This document shows positions 10,814 through 21,767 of a DNA stretch of 64,000 nt, in pieces. This DNA comes from Candidatus Spongiisociaceae bacterium (lineage in GTDB: Bacteria; Actinomycetota; Acidimicrobiia; Spongiisociales; Spongiisociaceae): positions 2,272,001 to 2,336,000 of the forward strand of contig OZ253564.1 of assembly GCA_965262915.1 (NCBI GenBank), given 5' to 3'. Position 1 is the first letter of the stretch, and each line of letters begins with the position of its first letter. Below the pieces are notes generated by a model. The model worked only from the letters and a program-made list of their open reading frames with translations. It had not been told where the DNA came from and ran no database searches. The translations under genes and the position numbers were made by a program.

Positions 10814-12184
10814 TTGGCATCCTCGTCGCCCACCAGGTCGTCCCATCCGTACATCCCGGCTACCGAGGCTGATCGCGCCCGGATGCTCGAGAGGGTGGGC
10901 GTCGCTGACATCGACGCGCTGTTCTCCGACCTTCCTGAGGCCCTGCGCGATCCGGCAATCGACCTGCCGCATGCACTCACCGAGCCGGAGCTGATCGCGC
11001 TGCTGGAGGAACGCGCCGGCGTGAACGTGTCTCCCTCGCGGCCTAACTTCCTCGGCGCGGGCGCCTACCGCCGCTTCATCCCTGCGATCGCCGGTCACCT
11101 GGCAGGGCGGTCCGAGTTCGTCACCTCCTACACGCCTTACCAGCCCGAGATCAGCCAGGGCACGCTGCAATCCGCGTTCGAGTACCAGTCGGTCGTCTGC
11201 GAGCTGACCGGGATGGACGTGTCGAACACCGGCCACTACGACGTGGCCAGCGCCACTGCCGAGGCATGCCTCCTGGCGACGCGCGTGACGAGGCGCAAAG
11301 CGGTCGCGCTCCTCGAACCGATCCACCCCGGAACCGCCGACGTGGTCCGTACCTACGCCCGTGGCGCCGGGCTACGCGTCGATACCGTGTTCTCGGCGGA
11401 TGCGACGAGCACGGAGCACGCATGCCTCGTCGTCCAGCAGCCGGACTTCCTGGGCGTTATCGCCGACCTCGAACCGCCCGCCGCGGCTGCGCATTGTGCC
11501 GGGGCGCTGTTGGTGACGGTGGCCGATCCGTTCGCGCTGGGGCTATTGCGCGCACCGGGCGACGCGGGCGCCGACATCGTCACCGGTGAGGGCCGCGATC
11601 TGGCGGGCTCGCCCAGCTTCGGTGGGCCGTCCCTCGGGCTGTTCGCGGCGCGCAACAAGCACCTACGGCAGATGCCGGGCCGCATCGTCGGCCGCACCAA
11701 GGAGCGCCACGCCCCACCGGATGGCGACGGCCGACCACGCACCGGATACGTGCTCACCCTGCAGGCCCGCGAGCAGTTCATCCGGCGGGAGCGGGCGACC
11801 TCGAACGTCTCGACGGCACAGTCGCTGATCGCCCTCGCTTTCACCATCACCATGCAGGCTCTCGGGCCCCTCGGTCTGCGCGAGGCCACCGAGCTCTGCT
11901 ACCAGCGCGCCCACGACGCCGCGGCGCGCATCGCCGCGCTCCCCGGCTACGAGACGCCGGAGCGCGGGCCGTGGTTCCAGGAGTTCCTCGTGCGCGGCCC
12001 GGTCCCTGCTGCGCATCTCGCCGCTCAACTCGCGGAGCGGGGCATCGTAGCCGGCCTCGACGTCTCGGGACGGCCGGAGCCCGAGGCACGCGATGCGCTG
12101 CTGTTCGCGGTAACCGAGGCAACACCCGACGCGCACGTCGACGCGCTGGTCGGGGCGTTGGGGGAGATAGGGGGCGACGCGTGA
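10814..12184 (+). CDS. gcvPA: glycine dehydrogenase subunit 1
   Basis: FLGAG, YTPYQPEISQG, REQFIRRERATSN. Confidence 0.95.
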   Translation: MASSSPTRSSHPYIPATEADRARMLERVGVADIDALFSDLPEALRDPAIDLPHALTEPELIALLEERAGVNVSPSRPNFLGAGAYRRFIPAIAGHLAGRSEFVTSYTPYQPEISQGTLQSAFEYQSVVCELTGMDVSNTGHYDVASATAEACLLATRVTRRKAVALLEPIHPGTADVVRTYARGAGLRVDTVFSADATSTEHACLVVQQPDFLGVIADLEPPAAAAHCAGALLVTVADPFALGLLRAPGDAGADIVTGEGRDLAGSPSFGGPSLGLFAARNKHLRQMPGRIVGRTKERHAPPDGDGRPRTGYVLTLQAREQFIRRERATSNVSTAQSLIALAFTITMQALGPLGLREATELCYQRAHDAAARIAALPGYETPERGPWFQEFLVRGPVPAAHLAAQLAERGIVAGLDVSGRPEPEARDALLFAVTEATPDAHVDALVGALGEIGGDA

Positions 12185-13656
12185 GCGGGCCGGGACCGAG
12201 CGCCGGGGATTTCGGTGCACGCCTCAGCTTCGACCGCGGCGCACCTGGCCGCCGGGCCGTCGACGTGCCCTCTTGGACCGGGGGAGAGACGCCGCTGCCG
12301 GATGCCCACCTGCTGCGGGACTCGGTGCGGCTGCCGGAGCTGAGCCAGAGTGAACTCGTGCGCTACTACACGGAACTCTCCGCGCGGAACTACGGCATCG
12401 ACTCCGGCACCTACCCGCTCGGCTCCTGCACCATGAAGTACAACCCGAAGGTTAACGATCTGGTGGCGTCGCTGCCGGGGTTGGCGAAAGCGCATCCGCA
12501 GGCCCCGGCGGAGGAGGTGCAAGGCACGCTGCGCACCCTGCTGGAGTTGCGCCGCGGCCTGGCCGAACTCACCGGCCTGCCGGCGGTCAGCCTCGCTCCC
12601 GCGGCCGGTGCGCAGGGCGAGCTGGCCGGCGTGCTCATGATCACGCGGGCCCTCGAGGATCGCGGAGAGATCCAGAAGCGCCGCCGTATCCTCGTTCCGG
12701 ACTCGGCGCACGGCACCAACCCGGCCACCGCTGCCATGGCCGGCTACAAGGTCACGCAGATCCCGACCGCCGCCGACGGCTCCCTCGATCGGGCCACCAT
12801 CGAGCGTGAGCTGGACCACACAGTCGCAGGGGTCATGGTCACCGTGCCGAATACCCTCGGTCTTTGGGAGAGCGGCATCGAGGAGGTCGCGCACCTGATC
12901 CACGAAGCCGGCGCCTACCTGTACGGCGACGGTGCCAACTTCAACGCCATCATGGGCCGGGTGCGTTTCGGCGACCTCGGTTTCGATGTCGTGCACCTAA
13001 ACCTCCACAAGAGCTTCAGCACGCCGCACGGAGGGGGCGGCCCGGGCGCAGGGCCTGTATGCTGCAGCGAGGAACTGGCCCCGTACCTGCCGACGCCGGT
13101 GGTGGAGGAGTGCGAGGATGGCTTGGTGCGCTTCGCCGTTCCCGAGCGCAGCATCGGCCGGACCCAGCAGTTCCACGGCAACGCCGGCGTCCTGATCCGT
13201 GCCTACGCGTACATGCGGGCGCTCGGCCTCGACGGCTTGCGCGCCGCCTCCGGCCAAGCCGTACTCAACGCCAACTACGTGCGCGCCCTGCTGCACGGCT
13301 ACTTCGACCTGCCCTACGACCGTCCGGTGTTGCACGAGGTCGTCTTCTCGGGCTCGCGCCAGCGCCGCCTCCACGGCGTACCCACCTACGACATGGCGAA
13401 GCGGCTCATCGACCACGGCTTCCACCCGCCGACGGTCTACTTCCCGCTGATCGTCGAAGAGGCGCTGATGATCGAGCCAACCGAGACGGAGCCACCCGAG
13501 GCGATCGAGGCTCTCGCCGAGGCGATGATCGCGGTTGTGGAGGAGGCCGAACGCGATCCCGACATGCTGCACGGCGCCCCCTGGACCGCCCCCATCGGAC
13601 GTCTCGACGAGGCGACCGCCGCCCGCCGGCCGGTGCTGCGCTGGAAGGACGGGTGA
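12181..13656 (+). CDS. gcvPB: glycine dehydrogenase subunit 2
   Basis: YPLGSCTMKYNP, DSAHGTNPA, HLNLHKSFSTPHGGGGPG; GTGA overlap with gcvPA. Confidence 0.95.
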   Translation: MSGPGPSAGDFGARLSFDRGAPGRRAVDVPSWTGGETPLPDAHLLRDSVRLPELSQSELVRYYTELSARNYGIDSGTYPLGSCTMKYNPKVNDLVASLPGLAKAHPQAPAEEVQGTLRTLLELRRGLAELTGLPAVSLAPAAGAQGELAGVLMITRALEDRGEIQKRRRILVPDSAHGTNPATAAMAGYKVTQIPTAADGSLDRATIERELDHTVAGVMVTVPNTLGLWESGIEEVAHLIHEAGAYLYGDGANFNAIMGRVRFGDLGFDVVHLNLHKSFSTPHGGGGPGAGPVCCSEELAPYLPTPVVEECEDGLVRFAVPERSIGRTQQFHGNAGVLIRAYAYMRALGLDGLRAASGQAVLNANYVRALLHGYFDLPYDRPVLHEVVFSGSRQRRLHGVPTYDMAKRLIDHGFHPPTVYFPLIVEEALMIEPTETEPPEAIEALAEAMIAVVEEAERDPDMLHGAPWTAPIGRLDEATAARRPVLRWKDG

Positions 13657-13944
13657 AGGGGAGAGGTGGACGCTTGCTGTGCCCGAGCGCGTGGGCGAGG
13701 GGCGGGCAAGGAAGTGGAGGGATAGGGGAGTAGCACGCTGGTGGCCTCTCCCAAGAAGCTCGTGGACCTTCAGAGCCAGGGCAAGATGCGAAGACCACCA
13801 CCGGCTACTGGGGGATCTCGATCATTTCGAGAGGGTGTTGCATGTCACGGCGTGGGGGTGCGGAGTCACAGGGGAAGCTCGATCCGCCTGCCAAAGATGG
13901 CATCAGGACTAGACTAAGTCTTACAGACTAAGTTCGGAGTCGCT

Positions 13945-14190
13945 ATGCGTGTCGTCAATATGCATGAAGCCAAGACCCACCTTTCGCGTCTCGTGGCGGC
14001 TGCTGCCGATGGCGAACCGTTCATCATCGGACGTGCCGGCAAGCCGCTGGTCAAGGTCATTGCGGTCGAAGCCCCGGAACCCGGCGGAAAGCGCCGGCTC
14101 GGGTTCATGGCGGGCCGTATGTCGGTTCCCGACGACTTTGAGCGTATGGGTTCCGAGGAGATCGCGACCATGTTCGACGGTGAGACGTGA
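13945..14190 (+). CDS. Phd/YefM family antitoxin
   Basis: VNMHEAKTHLSRLV...GKPLVKV. Confidence 0.9.
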   Translation: MRVVNMHEAKTHLSRLVAAAADGEPFIIGRAGKPLVKVIAVEAPEPGGKRRLGFMAGRMSVPDDFERMGSEEIATMFDGET

Positions 14191-14573
14191 GCATTCTCCT
14201 CGATACGCATGTCCTGCTCCGGGCTGCCGGCGCGCCGGACCGGTTACCCGAGGAGACGCGTGCTCTGATCGAGGACCCGGCAACGGAAGTGGTCTTCAGC
14301 GTCGCGTCGCTCTGGGAGATCGCGATCAAGAGCGGATTGGGACGCCATGACTTCGATGTCGACCCGCGCGTGCTGCGGAGGGGTTTGCTGGAGAATGATT
14401 ATACGGAGTTGCCTGTAAGCGGAGTTCACGCGGTCGCGGTGGACTTGCTCCCACCGATCCACAAGGATCCCTTCGACCGCATGCTGATCGCTCAGGCCCA
14501 GATCGAGGGAATCATGCTCTTGACAGCGGACAAGACCGTCGGCCGCTACCAAGGTCCGATTCAGGTCCTGTAG
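14187..14573 (+). CDS. vapC: VapC PIN-domain toxin
   Basis: LLDTH, SLWEIAIK, HKDPFDRMLIAQA. Confidence 0.92.
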   Translation: MSILLDTHVLLRAAGAPDRLPEETRALIEDPATEVVFSVASLWEIAIKSGLGRHDFDVDPRVLRRGLLENDYTELPVSGVHAVAVDLLPPIHKDPFDRMLIAQAQIEGIMLLTADKTVGRYQGPIQVL

Positions 14574-14696
14574 CCAGGCAGTCCGCCCGTTTCGGGGTGC
14601 GCCTCCCTAGATCGGTTGGGCACCGTTGTCGGTAGTAGGCAGATGTCAATGCCCCACGACAGCGTTCGTATATCACATTCACTATGGCGAGGCGGC

Positions 14697-15335
14697 TCAT
14701 CGACCGTCCGGCCGGCGGGTGCGCTCGGCTGTGGCTGGTTGGTGGTCGGCGCAGTCGACTTGTAGCTCGGTGTCGTGCAGTGTCTTGTTGAGCAGGAGGC
14801 AGTGGGCGGGCGACCTGTTCCGGGTGGGTTGGTAGTGGTGGCAGGTGAGGCAGCTGCGGTTGATGCTGATGACGCCCGCAGCTTGGAGCCGAGCGATCTC
14901 TGCGAGCAACAGCCGTAGCGTCGGGCCGCGGGCTTCGGCGGACTCGACGCCGGTGGTGAGCAGGGGCGAGAGCCGAGTGGTGATGTCGGCGGCTATGTCG
15001 GCTCCGGCAGGGCTGAGGGAGACGAGCGTGCTGCGGCGGTCGCTGGGGTCGCGTCGGCGGATAACTAGACCGTGCTGGTCGAGTGTGGCTAGGGCGTCGC
15101 TCGCTGTGGGCTGGGAGATGTGGAGTTCCGCTGCGAGGTCGCCGACCCGACGCTTCCGGTTGTCGGCGAGGGTTTCGAGGATGCTGACGCCGAGTGTGGA
15201 GAGGTGGTAGCGGGTGGCGAGATACTGGCGGGCGGCGCGTAGGGCACGGCCGAGCCGTTCGACCGCGGCGAACAGCTTGCGGTCGAGGTCGCAGGTGCCG
15301 GCTAGGGATTGGATTTCGGGGTTGGGACGGGACAT
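14697..15335 (-). CDS. MarR family regulator with C-terminal Cys cluster
   Basis: winged HTH plus DPSDRRS; CLTCHH..HC..C tail. Confidence 0.85.
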   Translation of the reverse strand: MSRPNPEIQSLAGTCDLDRKLFAAVERLGRALRAARQYLATRYHLSTLGVSILETLADNRKRRVGDLAAELHISQPTASDALATLDQHGLVIRRRDPSDRRSTLVSLSPAGADIAADITTRLSPLLTTGVESAEARGPTLRLLLAEIARLQAAGVISINRSCLTCHHYQPTRNRSPAHCLLLNKTLHDTELQVDCADHQPATAERTRRPDGR

Positions 15336-15841
15336 CCGATGTGGGGATCGCAGTCGGCCGCTGGCTGGGGGTGGGGTTCGTCAATGAGGCGGGCGAGGGT
15401 GGCACCGACGATGAGGTCGTCGATCTGGCCGAACCGGTTAAGACGGATACGTCCCGCCCGGTCGATGACAACCAGGCTCGGGGTGCCCCGCAACTGGAAC
15501 CGGCCCATGGTGATCGGCAGCGCGACCCCGGCGTCGTGGGAGTCGACACCGACCGGGAAGGTGATGCTGTACTCGTACAGGAACGCTTCGAGTGAGACTG
15601 GGGGCATCGCGTCGTGGTGTTCAAACACGCTGTGGAGCCCGAGCAGGGCGATGGCGTCGCCGAAGACGTGTTGGATACGCTTAGCCTGTGGCAGTCCGTG
15701 GGAGACGCAACCCGGACAGAGCATCTGGAACGCCTCGATCACCACAACCTCGCCCCTGAGATCGGCCAAAGTCGGATTGTCGGCAGTATTGAACCAACGG
15801 GTGATCGCCAGTTCAGGAGCAGCAGGGTACGCCGACTGCAT
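15302..15841 (-). CDS. redoxin/peroxiredoxin-like thioredoxin-fold protein
   Basis: AFQMLCPGC, HSVFEHH, GTPS, DRAG. Confidence 0.85.
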   Translation of the reverse strand: MQSAYPAAPELAITRWFNTADNPTLADLRGEVVVIEAFQMLCPGCVSHGLPQAKRIQHVFGDAIALLGLHSVFEHHDAMPPVSLEAFLYEYSITFPVGVDSHDAGVALPITMGRFQLRGTPSLVVIDRAGRIRLNRFGQIDDLIVGATLARLIDEPHPQPAADCDPHIGCPVPTPKSNP

Positions 15842-15927
15842 GCTCACCGGCGGTTGCGCTCCCGCCAAGGGCCACAAGGTGGGGGAAGGTGCCGGATAGG
15901 CGGGGTGATAACAGTTCGAGCGTCCAT

Positions 15928-15950
15928 GGGTTCCTATTATATAGGAACCC
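15928..15950. promoter_or_regulatory. putative MarR operator
   Basis: Perfect inverted repeat GGGTTCCTAT-tat-ATAGGAACCC upstream of the redoxin-marR operon. Confidence 0.6.
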
Positions 15951-16416
15951 TATATATCTGGTCAACACAATGCGCCCACGAAACGATGAGTGGGAGACTG
16001 CGATGCTAAGGCACAGGCGCAGGATCGAAATGACCTTCCTGTGAGTATCTACGTGGCGGGGCCTTGGGGATGGTGGAAGATGGGACTCGGGCAGCTACGT
16101 CGACACACGAACCTTCCCCAACTGCTTCCGGTCGACGGCTGCACTGCCCGGCAGACTGCAACGAGATTCCGCTCGGCGTACTAGTCGAAGGTCGATCCCG
16201 TTGTCCACCATCTCATCCAACCCATTGCGCGCGCTGTTGGCTGACTCAGCCGGCGGCCGATTGGACTGTCCCTGTTTCTCGGAGACTCTGGGACATCACC
16301 GCAACGTCCACCAAAGGTGGGCCAACGTCAAGGGCGGATGATCCCCGCGGCCGCGAGGGCGATTAGGGTTGCCCGGTCCCTTCCGCCCGATGACAGAACA
16401 GTCGAGGAGGCTCCCA

Positions 16417-16977
16417 GTGGCCGACATACCCTGCCCCGCGGCGGACGGATCAAGTCCCGTCCGCCGCAAGTTCCCTAAGCCGCCCCCGATGTGCATCGAC
16501 GCGGCCAAGGGCTACACCGCGGTGATGGACACGTCTATGGGGTCGATGACCATCGCGCTCGATGCCGCCGCCGCTCCCCTCACCGTGAACAGTTTTGTAA
16601 TGCTGGCCCGCTACCACTACTACGACGGCGTGATCTTCCACCGCATCATTGAGGGCTTCGTCTGCCAGGGCGGCGATCCCACCGGTACGGGGCGGGGCGG
16701 CCCCGGCTACCGCTTCACCGACGAGTTGCCCAAGCCGGGCCGCTACGAACTCGGCTCGCTGGCCATGGCCAACTCGGGGCCCAACACGAACGGCAGCCAG
16801 TTCTTCATCATAAGCGGCTCCAACGGCACCCGGCTCCCGGCGCATTACTCGCTGTTCGGCAAGGTGGTGAACGGCTTGGACGTGGTGGACGCGATACAGA
16901 AAGTCGCGACCGACCGTAACGACCGCCCGCTGACCGATGTGACGATCAACTCAGTAAAGATCACGGAGTCGGACTGA
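16417..16977 (+). CDS. cyclophilin-type peptidyl-prolyl isomerase
   Basis: FHRII, QGGDPTGTGRGGPGY, AMAN, NGSQFFI; RBS GAGGAGG. Confidence 0.93.
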   Translation: MADIPCPAADGSSPVRRKFPKPPPMCIDAAKGYTAVMDTSMGSMTIALDAAAAPLTVNSFVMLARYHYYDGVIFHRIIEGFVCQGGDPTGTGRGGPGYRFTDELPKPGRYELGSLAMANSGPNTNGSQFFIISGSNGTRLPAHYSLFGKVVNGLDVVDAIQKVATDRNDRPLTDVTINSVKITESD

Positions 16978-17144
16978 CCTAGGCGACCCGGCTTTGTGAC
17001 GAGTCACCGAGCCGAACTGACCCAGGGTCTGGTCAAGCCGAGGCGGGTTCGAGCCAACCGGCAATCGCCTCCAGCGCGGCAGTGCACTCTTGAGGTTGAC
17101 CCGCTCCAGTGGACGCTCTACGACTTGGGATTGTTCGTAGAAGG

Positions 17145-17170
17145 TGGAGTTGCCCCGCTTTCGTGGACAG
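17145..17170 (+). mobile_element. orphan IS3-family terminal inverted repeat
   Basis: TGGAGTTGCCCCGCTTTCGTGGACAG, matching the reverse complement of 48991-49016 at 23/26 positions. Confidence 0.5.
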
Positions 17171-17189
17171 TTTGATGGTGACCGGGATG

Positions 17190-17560
17190 CTCCTACGTTC
17201 TCCAAGTCGGTTTCGTGTGGTGGCGGTGAGCCATTGTTCATATCGGTCGTGGGTGACGCCATCGAGTGGACTCTGGGCGGCAGCGACGCCGCGCATTTCA
17301 GCATCGACAGCCCGTCGGGCGCGCTCAGATTCGACCTTGACCCGGTGGTGCCGGTGATCGTTGCGAAGGCGCCGGATTTCGAGGCACCTGCCAACAGCGG
17401 CACCGACAAGGCCTACGTGGTGACGCTTCTGCCCTCGTCAGGATCGACCATGGCTGTTTCTGCGTTGAGTGTGACGGTGACGGTGTCTGATGTGGACGAG
17501 GACGGCAAGGTGCCGCTGTCGACGAAGCGGCCCCGCAAGGGTGTGGCGGTCACCGCGACC
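17190..17560 (+). pseudogene. cadherin-like domain fragment of a surface protein
   Basis: WTLGGSDAAHFSID..GALRF..PDFEAP..VTVSDVDE, similar to the cadherin repeat of the 52-57 kb protein. Confidence 0.65.
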
Positions 17561-17688
17561 GCCGGCCCGCCAACCGCTTCCGAACCGGCGGGGGCTGGTC
17601 GCTTCCCGAAAAGGGCAGAAGAACTTCACCTGTCCTACCGTCCGGGGAGTTAGCCGAGGTCTGTGCACAGCCATCCCCACTGCCTCGT

Positions 17689-18440
17689 TCAGGGCAAGGA
17701 GGCGAGGTGGTAGCTGGTGCTGCGGCCCCCGGCTGGACTATGGGCCAGGATCGCGTGGTTGACGAGGCCGGTGATGTCGCGAAGGGCTGTGTCCTGGGAG
17801 CATTTGGCGATCTTGGCCCACTTGGAAGTGGTCCATTCGCCGTCGAAGCCGTCTAGGAGACGGTTCAGCACGCGCCGCTGCCGGTCGTTGAGGGGAACAG
17901 TCCCGACGTGCTGCCAGAAGCGGGCTTTGGTGAGCACCGCCGCCAGGGTGGCCTCTGCTCTGTCGATCGCCCGACCCAAACAGGCCAGGAACCAGCCCAT
18001 CCATTCCGACACGTCTATGGTCTCCTTCTGGGTTCGTTCCAGAACCTGGTAGTAGCCGCTGCGCTCCGCCCGGATCTGCGACGACATGCTGTAGAAACGC
18101 TGCGAAGTGCTCTCCGAACGGGCTAGGGCCATGTCAGTGATCGCCCGCGCTACGCGTCCGTTGCCGTCGTCGAAGGGATGGATGGTTACGAACCACAGAT
18201 GCGCCAGGGCGGCTTTGAGTACCCCATCGATGTCCGACCCTGTGTTGAACCAGTCCAGGAACTCTTCGATCTCTTGGTGGATACGCCCGGCCGCCGGTGC
18301 CTCGTAATTGACCCGTTCCCGACCGATAGGACCCGAGATGACCTGCATGGGTCCGGTGCTGTCGTCCCGCCAGCCGCCCACGATGATCCGTCTCAGGCGA
18401 CTACGGCCCGTGGGGAACAGAGCAGCCTGCCAACCCCGCT
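17689..18440 (-). pseudogene. Fic family protein, 5'-truncated paralog
   Basis: HPFDDGNGRVAR motif; colinear with the last two-thirds of 24287-25399. Confidence 0.85.
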
Positions 18441-18554
18441 ATTCACCGCAACAACACGGCAGCGGGTGCCCGATGCCGGACGGTGTCGTCGCTTCTGTTG
18501 TAGAGGTCGTCCTGAGAGTGTCTGCTGAGATCGCAACAGCGATCTTTGGTCGGG

Positions 18555-19055
18555 CTATTGGAGCCGTGGCGGGTTTGGGCCGTTCGGTGAGGCCCCAATA
18601 CGGGCTGATGTGTTTGGGTTGAAACCCACTGCGTCGCGTACACGGTATTCAGTGTCTTTGGCTAGCCTGGCCAGCGTTGTGGGTGATGTGCTGTAGTTGG
18701 ATGCAACCCTGCAGCGCACTTCACGGTCGGGATGGTCTGCTAGGCGGTCTAAGGTCTCCGGCGGTGTTTGCAGATGCTTCGCGACAGCGGTCACAATACG
18801 CCAGTCACCGTCGCTGGCCAAGGTGTCTAACGCGTAGTCCGGTGTCTTGGGGTTCTGAACTGTTAGGAGACGGACAAGCGGTCTGTTGTCGTTGGCTAAG
18901 CGGTTCAACGTGTCCTGACTTGAGTTCTGATGGGACGCGACACGGCACCGCACCTCCCAGTTGGAATCTCGACTCAGTTCGTCAAGTGTGTCCGCTGCGG
19001 TGTCAGGACTCTGCGAGAGCCACAGCCGCTCAGCGATGTGTGCTGTCCGGGACAT
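18555..19055 (-). CDS. leucine-rich repeat variant (LRV/HEAT-like) protein
   Basis: About five 24-aa repeats T...L..LA.D....VR..VA.N. Confidence 0.75.
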   Translation of the reverse strand: MSRTAHIAERLWLSQSPDTAADTLDELSRDSNWEVRCRVASHQNSSQDTLNRLANDNRPLVRLLTVQNPKTPDYALDTLASDGDWRIVTAVAKHLQTPPETLDRLADHPDREVRCRVASNYSTSPTTLARLAKDTEYRVRDAVGFNPNTSARIGASPNGPNPPRLQ

Positions 19056-19209
19056 GGTCCGCCGTCCTGCCCGGTTCCAGTCACTGCAGCCATGCAGGGG
19101 ATAGTAGCCCAGCTAGCCAACCTATTGAGATCCACCTGCCGTGGTCTTCGCAACGGCCCGCCCTTCCGCTACGAGGTTCTTTACACAATGGGTTCGGCGA
19201 ACGGTGCGG

Positions 19210-19554
19210 CTACTCGGTTGCCCTTGGGTGGTCCACTTGTGCGTCAGTGATCCATACCGTCTTGGTCTTGTTGTCGATGCAGTGCCAGATTCGCCTGCCC
19301 GCGGTGATCTCGTACTGCCACTGCTCCACCTCGGTTCCGTCCCCCGGTCGTCGACCCAACGAGCCCCTCAGCGGATGCTGGCGGTGGTCTCGCCGACGCG
19401 GGTCGTGGGTGATCCTCTCCCAGGCTGTCCGCGTGTTCGTCGGGGCCGCCGCGCAGATCTGTTCCCATCCCTTGACCGCGCCGCTGTTCGCGTAGCGCAA
19501 GTCCCAACCGTGAGCCGACGGCGGTGGGGCAACTCGTTCTCGCCGTTTCGGCAT
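19210..19554 (-). CDS. putative RelE-like toxin; only a C-terminal relic of the antitoxin lies upstream
   Basis: Small basic protein with RQHPLRG..EQWQYEITAGRRIWHCID..HPRATE; upstream relic RLSKPLEASGDTVPAP. Confidence 0.55.
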   Translation of the reverse strand: MPKRRERVAPPPSAHGWDLRYANSGAVKGWEQICAAAPTNTRTAWERITHDPRRRDHRQHPLRGSLGRRPGDGTEVEQWQYEITAGRRIWHCIDNKTKTVWITDAQVDHPRATE

Positions 19555-19754
19555 CGTCCTCAGCCGGGTGGGGGCTGGGACGGTGTCCCCGCTCGCCTCC
19601 AGCGGCTTGCTGAGTCGATGGCGACAGGCATGGGAAGAGGATGCCGGTGCCCTGGCGGATCATCCGGGAGCACATGTTCTCAGGGAAGGCAGGGTCGGGT
19701 TCAGACGATGGGCTCCTGTTAGGGTCCTTTTGGCCTTGGGTAGGAGGAGGGGGC

Positions 19755-20198
19755 TTGCAGTTTCTGACCGACACGCTCCAGGATGCACACCCTATAGCCG
19801 CCCACTTCCCGATAGCGCTCCTGGTGGTGAGTGCCGGGGTGAGTCTTGTAGTACGCATCAAACCCAGTCAACACTTGCAGCATTCGTCGTGGTTGTTGCT
19901 GTGGGTGGGCACGATAGGGGCGCTCCTCGCCGATGTAACGGGTGTCATCTCTCATTTCGATTATGAAGACACGGACCTTCACGGCGTGATAGAGGTACAT
20001 CAGATGTGGAGCTTTGCCGTGACGCTGCTCTTCATCGTGTTGACGGTCTGGCGATGGAGTTCCCGCCGCAAGGGATCGGATGCCGGGACAACCTCGCTCT
20101 ATCTGATAGTCGTCTTGGTTGGTGTGGTGGGATTGGTGCTGTCGGGAATGACCGGCGGCGATCTGGTCTTTGAATACGGAGTGAACGTACGGGACTGA
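19755..20198 (+). CDS. DUF2231-type membrane protein
   Basis: HPIAAHFPIALL, four TM helices, GGDLVFEYG; RBS AGGAGG. Confidence 0.75.
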   Translation: MQFLTDTLQDAHPIAAHFPIALLVVSAGVSLVVRIKPSQHLQHSSWLLLWVGTIGALLADVTGVISHFDYEDTDLHGVIEVHQMWSFAVTLLFIVLTVWRWSSRRKGSDAGTTSLYLIVVLVGVVGLVLSGMTGGDLVFEYGVNVRD

Positions 20199-20933
20199 AG
20201 GAGCATGCTCCGGATTGGTATGTCCCCGCGGATGGGCGGACAGTAACTGATCAACCAACCACTACTGGGTTCCCGATCGGGGTGTTGAAGGGGTCTCGAC
20301 CCTGGCAGCAGTGCCACCACGGCGCTGGCCGAAAACGTGTGTGCTATCCGACCAGTCGCGTTCCTCTGCCACGGCCTACTGGGGGGACCGGTTACCTGGC
20401 TGTTCACCGCTGTGGGCAGCGGAGGACCCTTCCGCTGGGGGCTGGGGTCGGTGGTGTGGTCTCGACGACGGGCGACCTAATGGTGGTCACCCAATATCGG
20501 CTCTTGCTCGTGTCGCTGCGGGTGCTGGTGGACAAAGACGCGCCGGCGGCGGATCGGGAGTGGTGGTCGATGGTGTCCCGCATCCGGCGAGCCCGCGGGT
20601 AGAGCGGCGTTGTGGGCCCGGGAGCCTCGGGCCGTTTCTCCCCACATAACGGCCCCTCCTACCTACTGGCGTGCTCCCGACCTCTGAAAGGACTCGGGGG
20701 GCTTGACCGGCCGCCGACAGCGGTTACCCGCCCGATGGTCTCACCAGCCTCGGCGGTTCCGTTTGGGTGGGTGTCGGAGGGGGGAGTGGAGGTGGCAGTG
20801 GTCGGTCGGGTTGTAGATGGATAGGCGCGCCGTGCAGCTGTCGGTGGCGCAGTGGCGGCCGGGGGGATATGTGGGTGGTGGGCGCCCTGGGGGGCGGACT
20901 CTGCTCATAGGGGGTTCACGGTACTCGTTTTGT

Positions 20934-21443
20934 TTAGCTGTGACCGAGGGCTATCGGTTCGACGTTGCATAGCTGGTTGGAGCGGTCCCGATCGGTGACA
21001 ACACGGGCCGTCTCCGGCAGGTCACCAGATGCGGCCGATGCCCGCAAACGCGGGAGCTCGTCTACTAGCCTGGTCTCGCTGACGGGTGGCGGCAGCGGAC
21101 GACCCTTCCGATGGCAGGGAATTACCACCGGCTCCGATCACCTATAAGCGCAGCGTAGAACCGTTCCTCGGCTGCCCATTGTGCGGCGAGCATCACGTCA
21201 CGGCGGGACCCGTCCATTCCAGACAGCCTGATCTCCGCGACCTTTTCCTGGGTCGTGCTCGCGGCTCGTCCTCGCACGTTCCGGAAAAAACGGGGTCTTG
21301 GCCCGTACCTTGGAGGGATCCACGAAGAACGAGTGCTCGAAAGCGGCTTGGAGAATAGTGGTACCACCGGATTGCAGATAACCCTCCAAGGCTTCTCCGG
21401 GTGAGGATGATGGCACACCGGTGTGCTTGTCGACCGAGACCAT
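20934..21443 (-). pseudogene. frameshifted hypothetical gene
   Basis: Protein-like segments continue across three consecutive frames. Confidence 0.3.
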
Positions 21444-21767
21444 CAGAAGAACCCTCCGTCCCTGTAGTGACTCGTCCCCGCTTCTCGGAGAGTAGACGGC
21501 CACCGAAGCCGGCCAACCCGCCACCTCCCGCGAACGCTGCCAAGGCTCGCTATCGGTCTTGTCGGAGTGGCCCGCAAACGCGCCGCCCTAGACACAACCG
21601 CGGCGTGCGCTGTCCGCCCGTGTTCGGGGTGAGCAGCCATGTCCAGGACCCACCCCTTTGGCCCCATCAGGGACAAGGCTTTGGGGGGAGTAACCGCGAT
21701 TCAGGTGGCGAGTTGGACGAATCGGAGGCTGTGATGGGTGCAGTAGGAAACAAGCCGCAGAACAACG

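Noticed and set aside
9827-12180. Long upstream extensions of the gcvH and gcvPB ORFs
   Set aside because: They overlap gcvT and gcvPA; homology starts at 10406 and 12181.
17020-17110. Possible tRNA (GGTTCGAGCC T-loop-like sequence)
   Set aside because: I could not build a cloverleaf or acceptor stem on either strand.
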